NCBI GenBank assembly: GCA_009992175.1
Contig: JAACWA010000015.1
Coordinates: 1-56,392 of the forward strand
Length of the DNA stretch: 56,392 nt
Reading direction: 5' to 3'
DNA from: an archaeon
Lineage (GTDB): Archaea; Nanobdellota; Nanobdellia; Pacearchaeales; GW2011-AR1
Shown: positions 45,977 to 55,359 of the stretch, piece after piece
Layout of the letters: every line of letters begins with the position of its first letter
How positions within the stretch are numbered: position 1 is the stretch's first letter
The notes under the pieces: generated by a model
What the model saw: the letters and a program-made list of their open reading frames with translations, nothing else
Told to the model about the DNA's origin: nothing
Database searches by the model: none
Position numbers and translations under genes: made by a program

Positions 45977-46342
45977 ATGGTTAATTTGATTACTTTGGCA
46001 TTTTTATTACTCTTTAATTCTCAAGATGGAAATTTTGTAAAACAAGGAGATACATTTTACAAAGATAAAAATGAGAAATTTCTTCTAGAAGATTTTAAAT
46101 TAAATAAATATAGGATTCAGTCTGCATATGACCTTAATTTTAATGGAAAAATAGACCATATTGCCTATTATGGATTAGAAAAAGGAATTGTTTCTAAAAC
46201 AGCCTCGGGAATTGTAAAATTAAAAAGCGAGATTAATTTTGATGATTTTTTGGAAAAAGAAAGGAATATTGAATTAAATAAAGAATATCTTTTGATAGAT
46301 TCAGATGGAAATGGAACACTTGAGACAAGAAGTGATTTTTAA
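45977..46342 (+). CDS. small secreted protein with two DxNxNG/DxDxNG calcium-loop-like motifs
   Basis: 121 aa with a hydrophobic N-terminus. DLNFNGKID and DSDGNGTLE resemble EF-hand/dockerin-type loops. Confidence 0.45.
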   Translation: MVNLITLAFLLLFNSQDGNFVKQGDTFYKDKNEKFLLEDFKLNKYRIQSAYDLNFNGKIDHIAYYGLEKGIVSKTASGIVKLKSEINFDDFLEKERNIELNKEYLLIDSDGNGTLETRSDF

Positions 46343-46386
46343 ATAATAATTTTTCTTCTTAATTTTTTAATAAAAAAACCTTCGGA

Positions 46387-46584
46387 AATTGAAGACTATT
46401 ATGAAAGGTTAGGAATTTCTAGAGATACATCTCCTGATGAAATAAAAAAAGCTTATAGAAAATTGGCAATTAAGTATCATCCAGATAAAAATCTAGGTAA
46501 TGAAGAAAAAAGCAAATTGGAATTCATTGCAATTGGAGAAGCTTATGAAAAATGTACTCAACATGGAGAAGGACCTTTGGATAA
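46387..46584 (+). pseudogene. J-domain (DnaJ-like) remnant or start-less small ORF
   Basis: Hand translation gives [68 protein letters not shown] is at nt 46477..46485. The frame is open back to 46342 without an ATG, GTG or TTG. No Gly/Phe or zinc-finger regions follow. Confidence 0.5.
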
Positions 46585-46754
46585 AAAAGGATATGAGTAT
46601 TATTAGGAAATATTTAGGGAAAATTTTGAAATGTATAGGGAACTCTCAGAAAAAATGAATAAAGATGAAGACCCTATCTTAAAAGAATGGGGAAGACTTC
46701 TTGATTATTATTTAAAAAAATTATTTTGTTAAATTAATTATTAATTAAAAGAAC

Positions 46755-47288
46755 TTAAACCTTAAATTCATAATTAAATTTTTTGTGATAATCAATAACT
46801 TCCTTAGTAATTGGGTTTGGATGTCTTCCACTCCATCTTTCTTCTCCAATCCTTCTAAAAAGAGTATAAATTTCTAAATCATTAAGGTAATTATAAGAAG
46901 AAAGAGAGGGATATTTTGTTTCCCTATTTAATCTTGCAAAATGGGTTTCATGAATTAATCCTTTTGAAATAAATAAGTTAAGAAAATGGTTATATGCCAT
47001 TTCAGAATATCTTTTTAAAATTGGATTAATTGCCTTTGAGATTTCATTCCTTTTGTTATAATTCATAACTGGACCTTTAAATAAATCATAAATTTTTTTA
47101 CCGTATTTTTTAATGATTAAATTTCTCTGGGCTTCTTGTCAAAAATCATTTTTCACATTTCCAAACATAATTAACCCGTCATCCATATCTGCATTTTCAG
47201 AGAAATTAAGATAAGCGAAAATTTCTCTTTTACTTTTTAACCCAATTCTTTCTCCCACTTTCTTTATTAAACTTTTTTTAATCTTCAT
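46755..47288 (-). pseudogene. hypothetical gene interrupted by one in-frame TGA
   Basis: The ATG at 47288 opens 49 codons, then a TGA at 47139..47141. The same frame then continues 25 codons into the 103-aa track ORF (46755..47066). Elsewhere in the window TGA acts as a normal stop. Confidence 0.5.
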
Positions 47289-47344
47289 TCTTTAAAAAAA
47301 TTAAAAGAGTTTTTAATAATTATTGTACTTGCAATTTAAGAAAA

Positions 47345-47354
47345 GTTTTATAAA
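47345..47354 (+). promoter_or_regulatory. TATA box of EF-2 gene
   Basis: gttttataaa lies within gttttataaactaatttttataagg, centred 26 nt upstream of the ATG at 47376. It is nearly identical to the tRNA-Lys promoter motif. Confidence 0.55.
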
Positions 47355-47375
47355 CTAATTTTTATAAGGCTAAAT

Positions 47376-49571
47376 ATGGTAGAAAAAGAAACAAGCTTAG
47401 AGAAGATTCAAAGACTGATTTCAAAGCAAGAAAGTATCAGAAACGTTGCGACTTCTGCACATATTCACCACGGTAAAACTGCTTTTACAGATAATTTACT
47501 TGCTGCAGCTGGAATGATGGCTTCGAAAAATGCAGGAGACTTAGAAGATGGGATGGCCACTTGGCAACATTCAGATGAACAAGAGAGACTTATGACTGTT
47601 GACGCTGCAAATGTTTCTATGGTTCACAACTACCAAGACCATGAATATTTAATTAATCTAATTGATACCCCTGGACACGTTGATTTTGGGGGAAATGTTA
47701 CTCGTGCAATGAGGGCAATTGATGGAACTTTTGTTTTGATTTGTGCTGTTGAAGGGATTATGCCTCAAACTGAAACTGTTTTAAGGCAAGCCTTAAAAGA
47801 AAGAGTAAAACCTGTTTTATTTATTAATAAAGTTGATAGACTGATTAACGAACTTAAATTTACTCCTGAACAAATGCAAGAGAGGTTTATGAAATTAATT
47901 GAAAACTTTAACCACCTAATTGAACAAATTGCAGAAAAAGAATTTGCAGAAAAGTGGAGAGTTAGTGTTAATGATGGAAGTGTTGCTTTTGGTTCGGCTA
48001 GGGAAAATTGGGCACTTTCAATGCCTTTTATGCAAAAAAAGAAAATTAGTTTTAAAGATATTTATAATATTTACGATGAAAACATTCCAAAAGAAGAAAG
48101 AAAAAAATGGGTTTGGGAAAACGCTGCCTTGTTTGAAGTAGTTTTGGATATGGCAGTAAAACATTTGCCTGATCCACTCGAAGCACAAAAATATAGAATC
48201 CCCAAAATTTGGCATGGAGATGAATCCTCTGAATTTGGAAAATCTCTTTTAAGTTGTGATGGCAAAGGAGAACTTGGATTTGTTGTAACAAGAATTGTAA
48301 TTGACCCCCGTTCAGGAAAAGAAATTTCTGCTGGAAGAATTTATTCTGGAACAATGAGAAGTGGGATGGATGTATATTTTAATAATGCGGGTAAAACGGG
48401 AAAAATCCAACAAGTTTTAGTTTATAATGGAATTAAACCAGAACAATTAGAGAGTGTTCCTGCTGGAAATGTTCTTGCAATAAGTGGAATTGATGTTGAT
48501 GTTGGAGAAACAGTTACTGAAAAAGAACAAACTCCATTTGAAGAAATTAAACACATTTTCCAACCCGTTATTACTAAATCTATTGAAGTAGTCAAAACTC
48601 AAGATTTACCAAAATTAATTGAAATTTTAAGAAAAGTTGCAAAAGAAGATCCTTCAATAAAGGTAACTATTAATGAAGAAACAGGAGAATCTTTACTTTC
48701 AGGTATGGGAGAACTTCATTTAGAGATTATTGAAAATAGAATTAAAACTGAAAAAGGTTTAGAAGTAAAAACTTCTGCTCCAATTGTTGTTTATAGAGAA
48801 AGTGTTTTGAAATCTTCAACTCCTAGTGAAGGAAGAAGTCCAAACAAACACAACAGCTTTTTTATAAAAGTTGAGCCTTTGCCTCAAGATCTTTTTGAAT
48901 TAATTGAAAAAGGGGACTTGTCAGAAGGAAGGGTTAAGAAAAAGTCTGACCAGGTTACTAAAGCCTTATCTGGAATAGGATGGGGAGCAGACGAAATTAG
49001 AAATGTAAAAGATGTTTACAAAGGAAATATGTTATTTGATGAAACACGTGGAGAAGTTCATATCGGTGAAGTAATTGAAATGATTATGGATGCATTTGAG
49101 ATGGTTATGGACCAAGGTCCACTTTCAAGAGAACCTTGTATGAATTTGAAAGTAACTTTAACTGATATTAAACTTCATGAAGATGCAATCCACCGTGGAC
49201 CAGCACAAGTTTATCCTGCGGTAAGAGATGCGATAAAAGAAGCTTTCAAGAGTGCAAGCCCTATTCTTCTTGAACCTTTACAAGTTCATATGCTTGAAGT
49301 TCCAGAAGCTCTTATGGGTTCAGCTTCAAAATTAGTTGGAAGTAAAAGGGGACAATTACTTGATATGAATCAAGAAGCTGGAACAATGATTTTAGAAGCA
49401 AAAATTCCAGTTGCTGAAATGATTGGTTGGGCAAGCGACTTTAGAAGTGCAACTGAAGGTAGAGGAGTTTCATCTCTTAGAGATCAAAGTTTTGAAAGAA
49501 TGCCCGCTTCACTTCAACCAGATGTTATTAAGTCTATTAGGGACAGAAAGGGACTTTCAGAAAATCAGTAA
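47376..49571 (+). CDS. fusA: translation elongation factor 2 (aEF-2)
   Basis: 731 aa. G1 AHIHHGKT, DTPGHVDF, NKVDR, and the diphthamide-site context HEDAIHRGPAQ. Confidence 0.97.
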   Translation: MVEKETSLEKIQRLISKQESIRNVATSAHIHHGKTAFTDNLLAAAGMMASKNAGDLEDGMATWQHSDEQERLMTVDAANVSMVHNYQDHEYLINLIDTPGHVDFGGNVTRAMRAIDGTFVLICAVEGIMPQTETVLRQALKERVKPVLFINKVDRLINELKFTPEQMQERFMKLIENFNHLIEQIAEKEFAEKWRVSVNDGSVAFGSARENWALSMPFMQKKKISFKDIYNIYDENIPKEERKKWVWENAALFEVVLDMAVKHLPDPLEAQKYRIPKIWHGDESSEFGKSLLSCDGKGELGFVVTRIVIDPRSGKEISAGRIYSGTMRSGMDVYFNNAGKTGKIQQVLVYNGIKPEQLESVPAGNVLAISGIDVDVGETVTEKEQTPFEEIKHIFQPVITKSIEVVKTQDLPKLIEILRKVAKEDPSIKVTINEETGESLLSGMGELHLEIIENRIKTEKGLEVKTSAPIVVYRESVLKSSTPSEGRSPNKHNSFFIKVEPLPQDLFELIEKGDLSEGRVKKKSDQVTKALSGIGWGADEIRNVKDVYKGNMLFDETRGEVHIGEVIEMIMDAFEMVMDQGPLSREPCMNLKVTLTDIKLHEDAIHRGPAQVYPAVRDAIKEAFKSASPILLEPLQVHMLEVPEALMGSASKLVGSKRGQLLDMNQEAGTMILEAKIPVAEMIGWASDFRSATEGRGVSSLRDQSFERMPASLQPDVIKSIRDRKGLSENQ

Positions 49572-49573
49572 AA

Positions 49574-49933
49574 ATGAATATAAAAAATTCACCTAAAAAA
49601 ATAGATTCTTGGATTAAGGCAATAGTTATTATTTATTACATTTACTTTGGAATTTCCATATTAACCTTAATTGAAGGAATCTTGACGGGAAACCTTACAC
49701 TTATAGCTTTTGGAATAATTTTTGGAATGATTTCTTTTTTTGTCGCAAGAGGATTATCCAAAAAAAAGGAATGGGCTAGAATTACCATCATTATTTTGGC
49801 GAGTCTTGAGTTGTTGGGCCATATTTATTCAATACTAAATGGAAATTCTTGGCATTTATTTGGAGTAGCATTGAATGGATTTATTTGGAGCTACCTTTTA
49901 CTTAATAAAAAGGTTATAAAACAATTTATTTAG
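49574..49933 (+). CDS. small membrane protein
   Basis: 119 aa with 3-4 hydrophobic helices. Starts 2 nt after the EF-2 stop. Confidence 0.55.
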   Translation: MNIKNSPKKIDSWIKAIVIIYYIYFGISILTLIEGILTGNLTLIAFGIIFGMISFFVARGLSKKKEWARITIIILASLELLGHIYSILNGNSWHLFGVALNGFIWSYLLLNKKVIKQFI

Positions 49934-49980
49934 AATTTCTTCGAATATAAATTTTTAAACTCGAACTTCTTTAATTTTTG

Positions 49981-50871
49981 ATGTCAATAAAGACTTTTTG
50001 GAAGAAATCGGTTGTTAATAAATTATTAATTATAATTCCTTTAGTTTGGGTAGCTCTTGCTATTGTTTTTGGAATTTATGATTTAGAAATCTCAAAATTT
50101 CTTTTTAATTCAAATTCTGGAATTGCAAATTTAGTTGAAAATTTTGGAGAAATTCCTGGAATTCTTTTTGGTCTTTTTGCAATTTTTACCCTTGGTACAA
50201 ACTTAAAAATTAGAAAACTCTCTCACCGTAAACTTTTTTTCTTGGGAGAAATTCTTGGTTTATCATTTCTTTTTATTTATTTAATTAAAATTTTCTTTGA
50301 TTATTTTAATGTGAATTTTCAATTTATGTCTATATACGGAATCACCCTTGGACTTATTTTTATTTTAATTTCCCTCATCTTTTTTTATTTATTTAATACT
50401 AAATGGGACAAATTTTCTAAAGAAAATTATCTCTTTGCTAAAGTAGGAGTTATGACATTTATTATTTCGGGTGTTCTCGTCGAAGCTTTAAAATTTATCT
50501 GGGGAAGGGTAAGGTATGAAAATGTTTTAGCAAATGCTGGAAATTTTACCGAATGGTATTTACCCCAAGGAATTACTGGAAACTATTCATTTCCCTCGGG
50601 ACATGCTTACTTAGGATGGATTTTAATTCCCCTAATCCTAATTTTTATGAATAAAAATAAAATTCAAAAATGGATTATTTTTGGATTAACTATTCTCTTT
50701 GGACTTTTTGTTTCTTTTGAAAGGGTAGTTTATGGGGCACATTATGCATCCGATATTTTATTTTCTTCAGGAATTGTGATTGTTACCTTCTTGATTTTAT
50801 CTAAGAGATTTTTCTTCGAAAAGAATAATTTATCGACGGAAAAAAAGAAAAAAATTAAAAAAAGAAAGTAA
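49981..50871 (+). CDS. PAP2-family membrane phosphatase
   Basis: The three PAP2 motifs are KFIWGRVRY, PSGHAYLG and FERVVYGAHYASD. The ATG is one codon inside the TTG-started track ORF. Confidence 0.8.
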   Translation: MSIKTFWKKSVVNKLLIIIPLVWVALAIVFGIYDLEISKFLFNSNSGIANLVENFGEIPGILFGLFAIFTLGTNLKIRKLSHRKLFFLGEILGLSFLFIYLIKIFFDYFNVNFQFMSIYGITLGLIFILISLIFFYLFNTKWDKFSKENYLFAKVGVMTFIISGVLVEALKFIWGRVRYENVLANAGNFTEWYLPQGITGNYSFPSGHAYLGWILIPLILIFMNKNKIQKWIIFGLTILFGLFVSFERVVYGAHYASDILFSSGIVIVTFLILSKRFFFEKNNLSTEKKKKIKKRK

Positions 50872-50877
50872 TCGAAA

Positions 50878-50887
50878 GATTTATAAA
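50878..50887 (+). promoter_or_regulatory. TATA box of EF-1alpha gene
   Basis: gatttataaa centred 26 nt upstream of the ATG at 50909. Confidence 0.55.
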
Positions 50888-50908
50888 TATAAATTTTCAT
50901 AATCAATT

Positions 50909-52192
50909 ATGGCAAAAGCAAAACCAAGTATGAATGTTGTATTCGTTGGACATGTTGACGCAGGTAAATCAACTTGTGTTGGTAGAATGATGTTTGACGG
51001 TGGAGCAGTAACTGAACAAGAAATGAAGAAGCTTAAAGAAGAAGCTGTTAAAAATGGTAAAGCTGGTTTTGAATTCGCTTATGTAATGGATAACATTAAA
51101 GAAGAGAGAGAAAGAGGAGTTACAATTGACCTTGCTTATAAAAAATTAGTAACTGATAAGTATGAAATTACAATTATTGATGCACCTGGTCACAGAGACT
51201 TTGTAAAAAACATGATTACTGGTGCTTCACAAGCTGATGCTGCTTTCTTAGTTATTGCTGCACCTAGTGGAGTTCAACCTCAAACTACTGAACACTTATG
51301 GCTTCTTCGAACAATGGGAGTAAAGAACCTTTGTATTGCAGTTAATAAAATGGATGCGGTTAACTATGATGAAGCAAAATTCAATTCTGTAAAAGAAGAT
51401 GTTTCGAAATTACTTCAACAAGTTGGAATCAAAGCAGACTCAACAACCTTTGTTGCTTGCTCTGGACTTATGGGAGACAATATTATTAAAAAATCTGATA
51501 AAATGGCTTGGTATAAAGGACCAACAATAAGAGAACAAATTGATTTGTTCCCTGCTCCTGAATCACCAACTAATTTACCAATGAGAATGCCTGTTCAGGA
51601 TGTTTATGAAATTACTGGTATTGGAACTGTTCCTGTTGGAAAAGTTGAAACTGGTATTATGAAAATTGGACAAAAAGTTAAAGTTCTTCCAGGTAGAACT
51701 GGTGAAGGAATCCAAGGTGAAATAAAAACTATTGAAGCTCATCACGAAACACTTCCGATAGCAGAAGCTGGAGAAAATGTTGGAGTTAATGTTAGAGGAA
51801 TTGGAAAAAAGGATATCGCAAGAGGAGATGTTATTTGTGACGCTGCTTTCCCTGTTCCAATTGTTGAAGAGTTCGTTGCACAAATTGCAGTAATCAACCA
51901 CCCAACAGTTTTAGCTAAAGGATACACTCCTGTATTTCACATTCACACTGCTCAAGTTCCTTGCCAATTTATTGAATTGATTGCACAAATTGATCCAAGA
52001 ACGGGTGAAACAATAAAGGAAAATCCAGACTTCTTAAAGAATGGAGATGTTGCTAAAGTAAGAATAAAACCCCAAGGAAGACTTGCTATTGAAACTCAAA
52101 AAGAAAACCCTTATATGTCAAGGTTCGCCGTAAGAGATGCTGGTGCAACTGTTGCTGCTGGTGTTTGCTTAGAAATTACTAAGAAAAAGTAA
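50909..52192 (+). CDS. tuf: translation elongation factor 1-alpha (aEF-1alpha)
   Basis: 427 aa with GHVDAGKST, DAPGHRDF, NKMD and a typical EF-Tu/EF-1A domain II/III sequence. Confidence 0.97.
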   Translation: MAKAKPSMNVVFVGHVDAGKSTCVGRMMFDGGAVTEQEMKKLKEEAVKNGKAGFEFAYVMDNIKEERERGVTIDLAYKKLVTDKYEITIIDAPGHRDFVKNMITGASQADAAFLVIAAPSGVQPQTTEHLWLLRTMGVKNLCIAVNKMDAVNYDEAKFNSVKEDVSKLLQQVGIKADSTTFVACSGLMGDNIIKKSDKMAWYKGPTIREQIDLFPAPESPTNLPMRMPVQDVYEITGIGTVPVGKVETGIMKIGQKVKVLPGRTGEGIQGEIKTIEAHHETLPIAEAGENVGVNVRGIGKKDIARGDVICDAAFPVPIVEEFVAQIAVINHPTVLAKGYTPVFHIHTAQVPCQFIELIAQIDPRTGETIKENPDFLKNGDVAKVRIKPQGRLAIETQKENPYMSRFAVRDAGATVAAGVCLEITKKK

Positions 52193-52317
52193 TTTTTCTG
52201 AAATAAAATATTCTTATTAGATTAATTTATACAATTCATTAAATACTCAATATTTGTTGAATCTATCATGAGATAGATTGATAATAAAAAGGGGATGGTG
52301 AAATTTTTGAAAAAAAT

Positions 52318-52548
52318 TTGTCAAATGGTCAAAATGCCAAAGATTTATACAAAGTATTATTAAATCAAAGTTACCCAAAAAGTATGATAAATGCGGGGTA
52401 TAATAAAGCAATGGATAACTTAAATAAAACAAAACAAGCCCAGATGGAATCATTCGCTCCAAAAAAAATGGAAATTGTTACTTTCTCAATTGTTCAAGAT
52501 AAACCAAGTTTTTTCGATAAAGTTAAAAATAAATTTAGAAAAAATTAG
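52318..52548 (+). CDS. doubtful small ORF (TTG start)
   Basis: 76 aa with K/N-rich composition and no ATG at the start. It overlaps an antisense 71-aa ORF that looks even less protein-like. Confidence 0.25.
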   Translation: MSNGQNAKDLYKVLLNQSYPKSMINAGYNKAMDNLNKTKQAQMESFAPKKMEIVTFSIVQDKPSFFDKVKNKFRKN

Positions 52549-52605
52549 AATTTTTTGAATATAAATTCTTATTTTAATAGTTAATGAGGATTATTAATTA
52601 TAAAA

Positions 52606-53016
52606 CTACTTTGAATCTCTTACCTCTACTTGGTTAGAAATTTTATTCTCTGATTTTGATAAATAAATTGAATATCCCATCAAAAAAAGATTGTATAAAA
52701 GCATTATTACTGGAAAAATTCCCATTCCAATTATAATTACAGAAATTAACAACATTAATCCCCCAAAAACTGAAGTGATAATTGACAAAATAGGTAAGAG
52801 ATAATATTTTTTACCTAGTTCCTTAATCAAGGAATAAACAAGATAAATTATAGAGAGTAACAAAAAAATAATCTGGAGATAAATAAAAAAATTTGCCCAT
52901 GGGCCCCATGAAAAAGTTCCACCTCCATCAGTCAAAAGACTTCCCAATTTTAAAATGAAAAGTAGGGAATAAACAAAAACAAAAGTGAGATAATATCCAG
53001 TAAATTTATCCTTCAT
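52606..53016 (-). CDS. membrane protein, unknown function
   Basis: 136 aa with four hydrophobic helices. Confidence 0.55.
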   Translation of the reverse strand: MKDKFTGYYLTFVFVYSLLFILKLGSLLTDGGGTFSWGPWANFFIYLQIIFLLLSIIYLVYSLIKELGKKYYLLPILSIITSVFGGLMLLISVIIIGMGIFPVIMLLYNLFLMGYSIYLSKSENKISNQVEVRDSK

Positions 53017-53063
53017 AATATTTTATTTAATATAAAATAGTATATAAGCCTTTTCCAAACACC

Positions 53064-53303
53064 GAGTCTGGGACAAAACTCCCTAAGAATCACTAAAATT
53101 TTGTTTTTTATATTTTTATTATATCTCTTTCTTCTGGTCGGGATAATGCTTTATTATTTTTAAGGAAAATTATAAATTATAACAAAAAGATTTATTTAAT
53201 TGCAAGATTTTAAAGAGGATGTTAACAATAGTGAAAGAAAATAGTGCTTTCAATTAAAAGTTCTTCTTAAATTAGAGATTATCTCTAGTTTTGTCCTAGA
53301 ACC
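53064..53303. mobile_element. MITE-like non-autonomous element (240 bp) with imperfect 17-bp terminal inverted repeats and 9-bp flanking direct repeats
   Basis: The left end gagtctgggacaaaact (53064..53080) matches the reverse complement of the right end, ggttctaggacaaaact (53287..53303), at 14/17 positions. ccaaacacc abuts both ends (53055..53063 and 53304..53312). The interior is AT-rich and has no ORF. Confidence 0.4.
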
Positions 53304-53347
53304 CCAAACACCCAAATTTTTAAAAATTGTTTTTATGTAGTCTATTT

Positions 53348-53620
53348 ATGAAAAATCTTATTTCTTTTTTAAAGAAATATAAAGAGGAATTTGTTGAAGG
53401 GTATAATGGTCAAAAAGAAATTACTGAAAACATTTTATCTGAATACGGAAGTTATGTGTTCCAAAATAGAGAAAAATTAGTTTATTTTTTTAATTCTTCA
53501 GAAAATTCTAAATTTAAAAAGTATGGAATTGAGGCATATAACTTTACCCACACTCCAAAAACATGTGAAACTAATTTTTTTATAGTTAACTATATTCTCT
53601 CACATCCGGGAATATTTTAA
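53348..53620 (+). CDS. hypothetical protein
   Basis: 90 aa from the first ATG (MKNLISFLKKYKEE). The track start at 53327 is a TTG. No motif recognised. Confidence 0.45.
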   Translation: MKNLISFLKKYKEEFVEGYNGQKEITENILSEYGSYVFQNREKLVYFFNSSENSKFKKYGIEAYNFTHTPKTCETNFFIVNYILSHPGIF

Positions 53621-53842
53621 ATATAAATCTTTAAGAATTTTAAACAAGTTTATTTTTTATGGAAAAACTGTCTATTCTAGAAAGTTTGACTGATTGCTAC
53701 CTTACTTATCTAAAATTGGGAAGTGAAGGATATGCCATAGGATTTAGTAATGAACTCTCTGAAGAAGTAAAAAGTGTTTATTTGTTTGAAAAAGGAAGTT
53801 AAAAATTAATTCATTCTGATAAAGATTTTTTATTGTTTAAGT

Positions 53843-54295
53843 ATGAGACTATTAAAAATGAAAAAAGAAATTGAGAACATCTTAAACGAATTAACTGAAT
53901 CTAAAGAACTTGAAAACTTTGGGATTGATAAGGCGAGTCTTGAAAAAATGATTACTTATGGGAAAAAACTTTTTCCCTTTCCTAAAGATGAAAAGAAAGA
54001 AAGAAACCTTGTTACAAAGTGTATGTCAACCGTTTATTTAATTGGAAATAAAAAAGAGGGAAAAATGAATTACCTTGCAACATCTGATTCTGCTTTTGTA
54101 AAGTCTGAACTTTATTTTATTCTTACTTTTTTCAATGAACTAGCTCCTGAAGAAATTCTTTCTGAAAATGTTAAAAAAGAATATAACCAATTCTTTTCTG
54201 AATTGCAAAAATTAGTTCCAATGAGTATGAACAGGCAACAAGGTTTTGAAGGAGCTTATGAAAGGATTATAGAGATTGCTAAAGATAATTTGTGA
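53843..54295 (+). CDS. sufE: SufE-like sulfur acceptor protein
   Basis: NLVTKCMSTVYLIG (compare SufE GCQSQVW), TSDSAFVKS (compare DSDAAIVKG) and MSMNRQQGFEGAYERI (compare PSRSQGLEAMIRAI). The true start may be the second Met (MKKEIENIL). Confidence 0.65.
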   Translation: MRLLKMKKEIENILNELTESKELENFGIDKASLEKMITYGKKLFPFPKDEKKERNLVTKCMSTVYLIGNKKEGKMNYLATSDSAFVKSELYFILTFFNELAPEEILSENVKKEYNQFFSELQKLVPMSMNRQQGFEGAYERIIEIAKDNL

Positions 54296-54697
54296 TTATT
54301 TTTTCTGATACTTATTTTTTAAATATCTTGCAATCATGATATTTTCACTTATTGGTTTCATTTCGTCATCAAAAAGTTTTATTTTGACTAGTTGCTCATT
54401 AAGAAAATTATCCATTGTAATTGATCTGCTAAAATTTCTTTCTTCCTTAATTCTCCCCATAAAACCCTTTTTTTCAACTCTAAGTTCTAAATTTTTTTCT
54501 CCTAAAATATTTTCATTAAATCCGACAATTTTTGGAGGCTCTTTGTATAATTTGGAATATTCTTCCTTTACATCATTTAAGACTTCATCTTCTGAGTTAT
54601 AAACAAAAAAAGAATATCTATTTGATTTGGGGGTTTTTCCAGAACCGGAATCTCCACCAGATGCCATGTATCCAATTGCTACATCTGTTAAATTCAT
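54296..54697 (-). CDS. hypothetical protein
   Basis: 133-aa ORF convergent with, and abutting, the sufE-like gene. No motif recognised. Confidence 0.5.
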   Translation of the reverse strand: MNLTDVAIGYMASGGDSGSGKTPKSNRYSFFVYNSEDEVLNDVKEEYSKLYKEPPKIVGFNENILGEKNLELRVEKKGFMGRIKEERNFSRSITMDNFLNEQLVKIKLFDDEMKPISENIMIARYLKNKYQKK

Positions 54698-54777
54698 AAA
54701 AATAATTCAAGAATAGACTTTTTAAGGATTATTATAATTCAATAAATCTTTTTAATAAAAATCCTTAAAAAGAGGGG

Positions 54778-55359
54778 ATGATTTCATTTAGTATGAGTTT
54801 ACTTGACAAAAATATGCATAAACAAGATGTTGAAAAATTTCTTGAAGGAAAGGGAGATTATATTCAAGTTGATCACTTGGAGCGTTATTTGAAACTTATG
54901 CCTCCAATTGAAATGAGAAAATTTGCTTATTTGAAACTTGCTCAAATTTATTTGAATAAAGAGATGTATTCAAGTGCTGCTGAAGCTTTTAAGAATGCTG
55001 CAGTAAACTCTGTAATTTTCAGGGAAAAACAAGAAAACTTTCTGAATGAAGCAAAAGCTTACGTTTCTGAGGGAAAAATTGATGAAAGTGATAAAGCCCT
55101 AAAAAAAGCACTTGATGAAGGAAACAAACAAGAAAAAGAAGCCCTATACTCAGAATTTCTTAAATTTTTCAGAAGTGAAATTGAAAAAAGAGAAAAACAA
55201 AACAAACCAGGACATTTAATTAAACTTTATGAAAAATTTTTAAGGCTTAAAGTTGAAGAACCTGAAAAAGAAGAAACAAAGGAAAAATTGCTCAAAGTTT
55301 ATGATAAACTTGGAAAAGTTAAAGAAGCTCGGATTTTAAGGGAAACTGGAAAGGCCTAA
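54778..55359 (+). CDS. helical (TPR-like) hypothetical protein
   Basis: 193 aa. Helical repeat-like segments (YLKLAQIYLNKEMYSSAAEAFKNA). K/E-rich C-terminus. Confidence 0.5.
   Translation: MISFSMSLLDKNMHKQDVEKFLEGKGDYIQVDHLERYLKLMPPIEMRKFAYLKLAQIYLNKEMYSSAAEAFKNAAVNSVIFREKQENFLNEAKAYVSEGKIDESDKALKKALDEGNKQEKEALYSEFLKFFRSEIEKREKQNKPGHLIKLYEKFLRLKVEEPEKEETKEKLLKVYDKLGKVKEARILRETGKA

Noticed and set aside
46755-47288. Genome-wide UGA reassignment (for example UGA as Trp or Gly) suggested by the in-frame TGA.
   Set aside because: TGA clearly terminates well-supported genes in this window (GluRS at 24730, nrdJ at 30621, the ATGA-coupled ORFs at 40604 and 40792, the sufE-like gene at 54295). A global recoding is therefore unlikely. 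It is kept only as a local pseudogene or readthrough question.
52260-52279. Hairpin aatctatc-atga-gatagatt downstream of the EF-1alpha gene, as a terminator or small RNA.
   Set aside because: It has only an 8-bp AT-rich stem, which is easily produced by chance in this composition. Archaeal termination does not require hairpins.
47920-54602. Shadow ORFs within EF-2 (47920..48354 group), EF-1alpha (51575..51927), 52247..52462 and 54336..54602.
   Set aside because: They are antisense or alternative frames of highly conserved elongation factor genes or of a better ORF on the other strand. Their composition is not protein-like.
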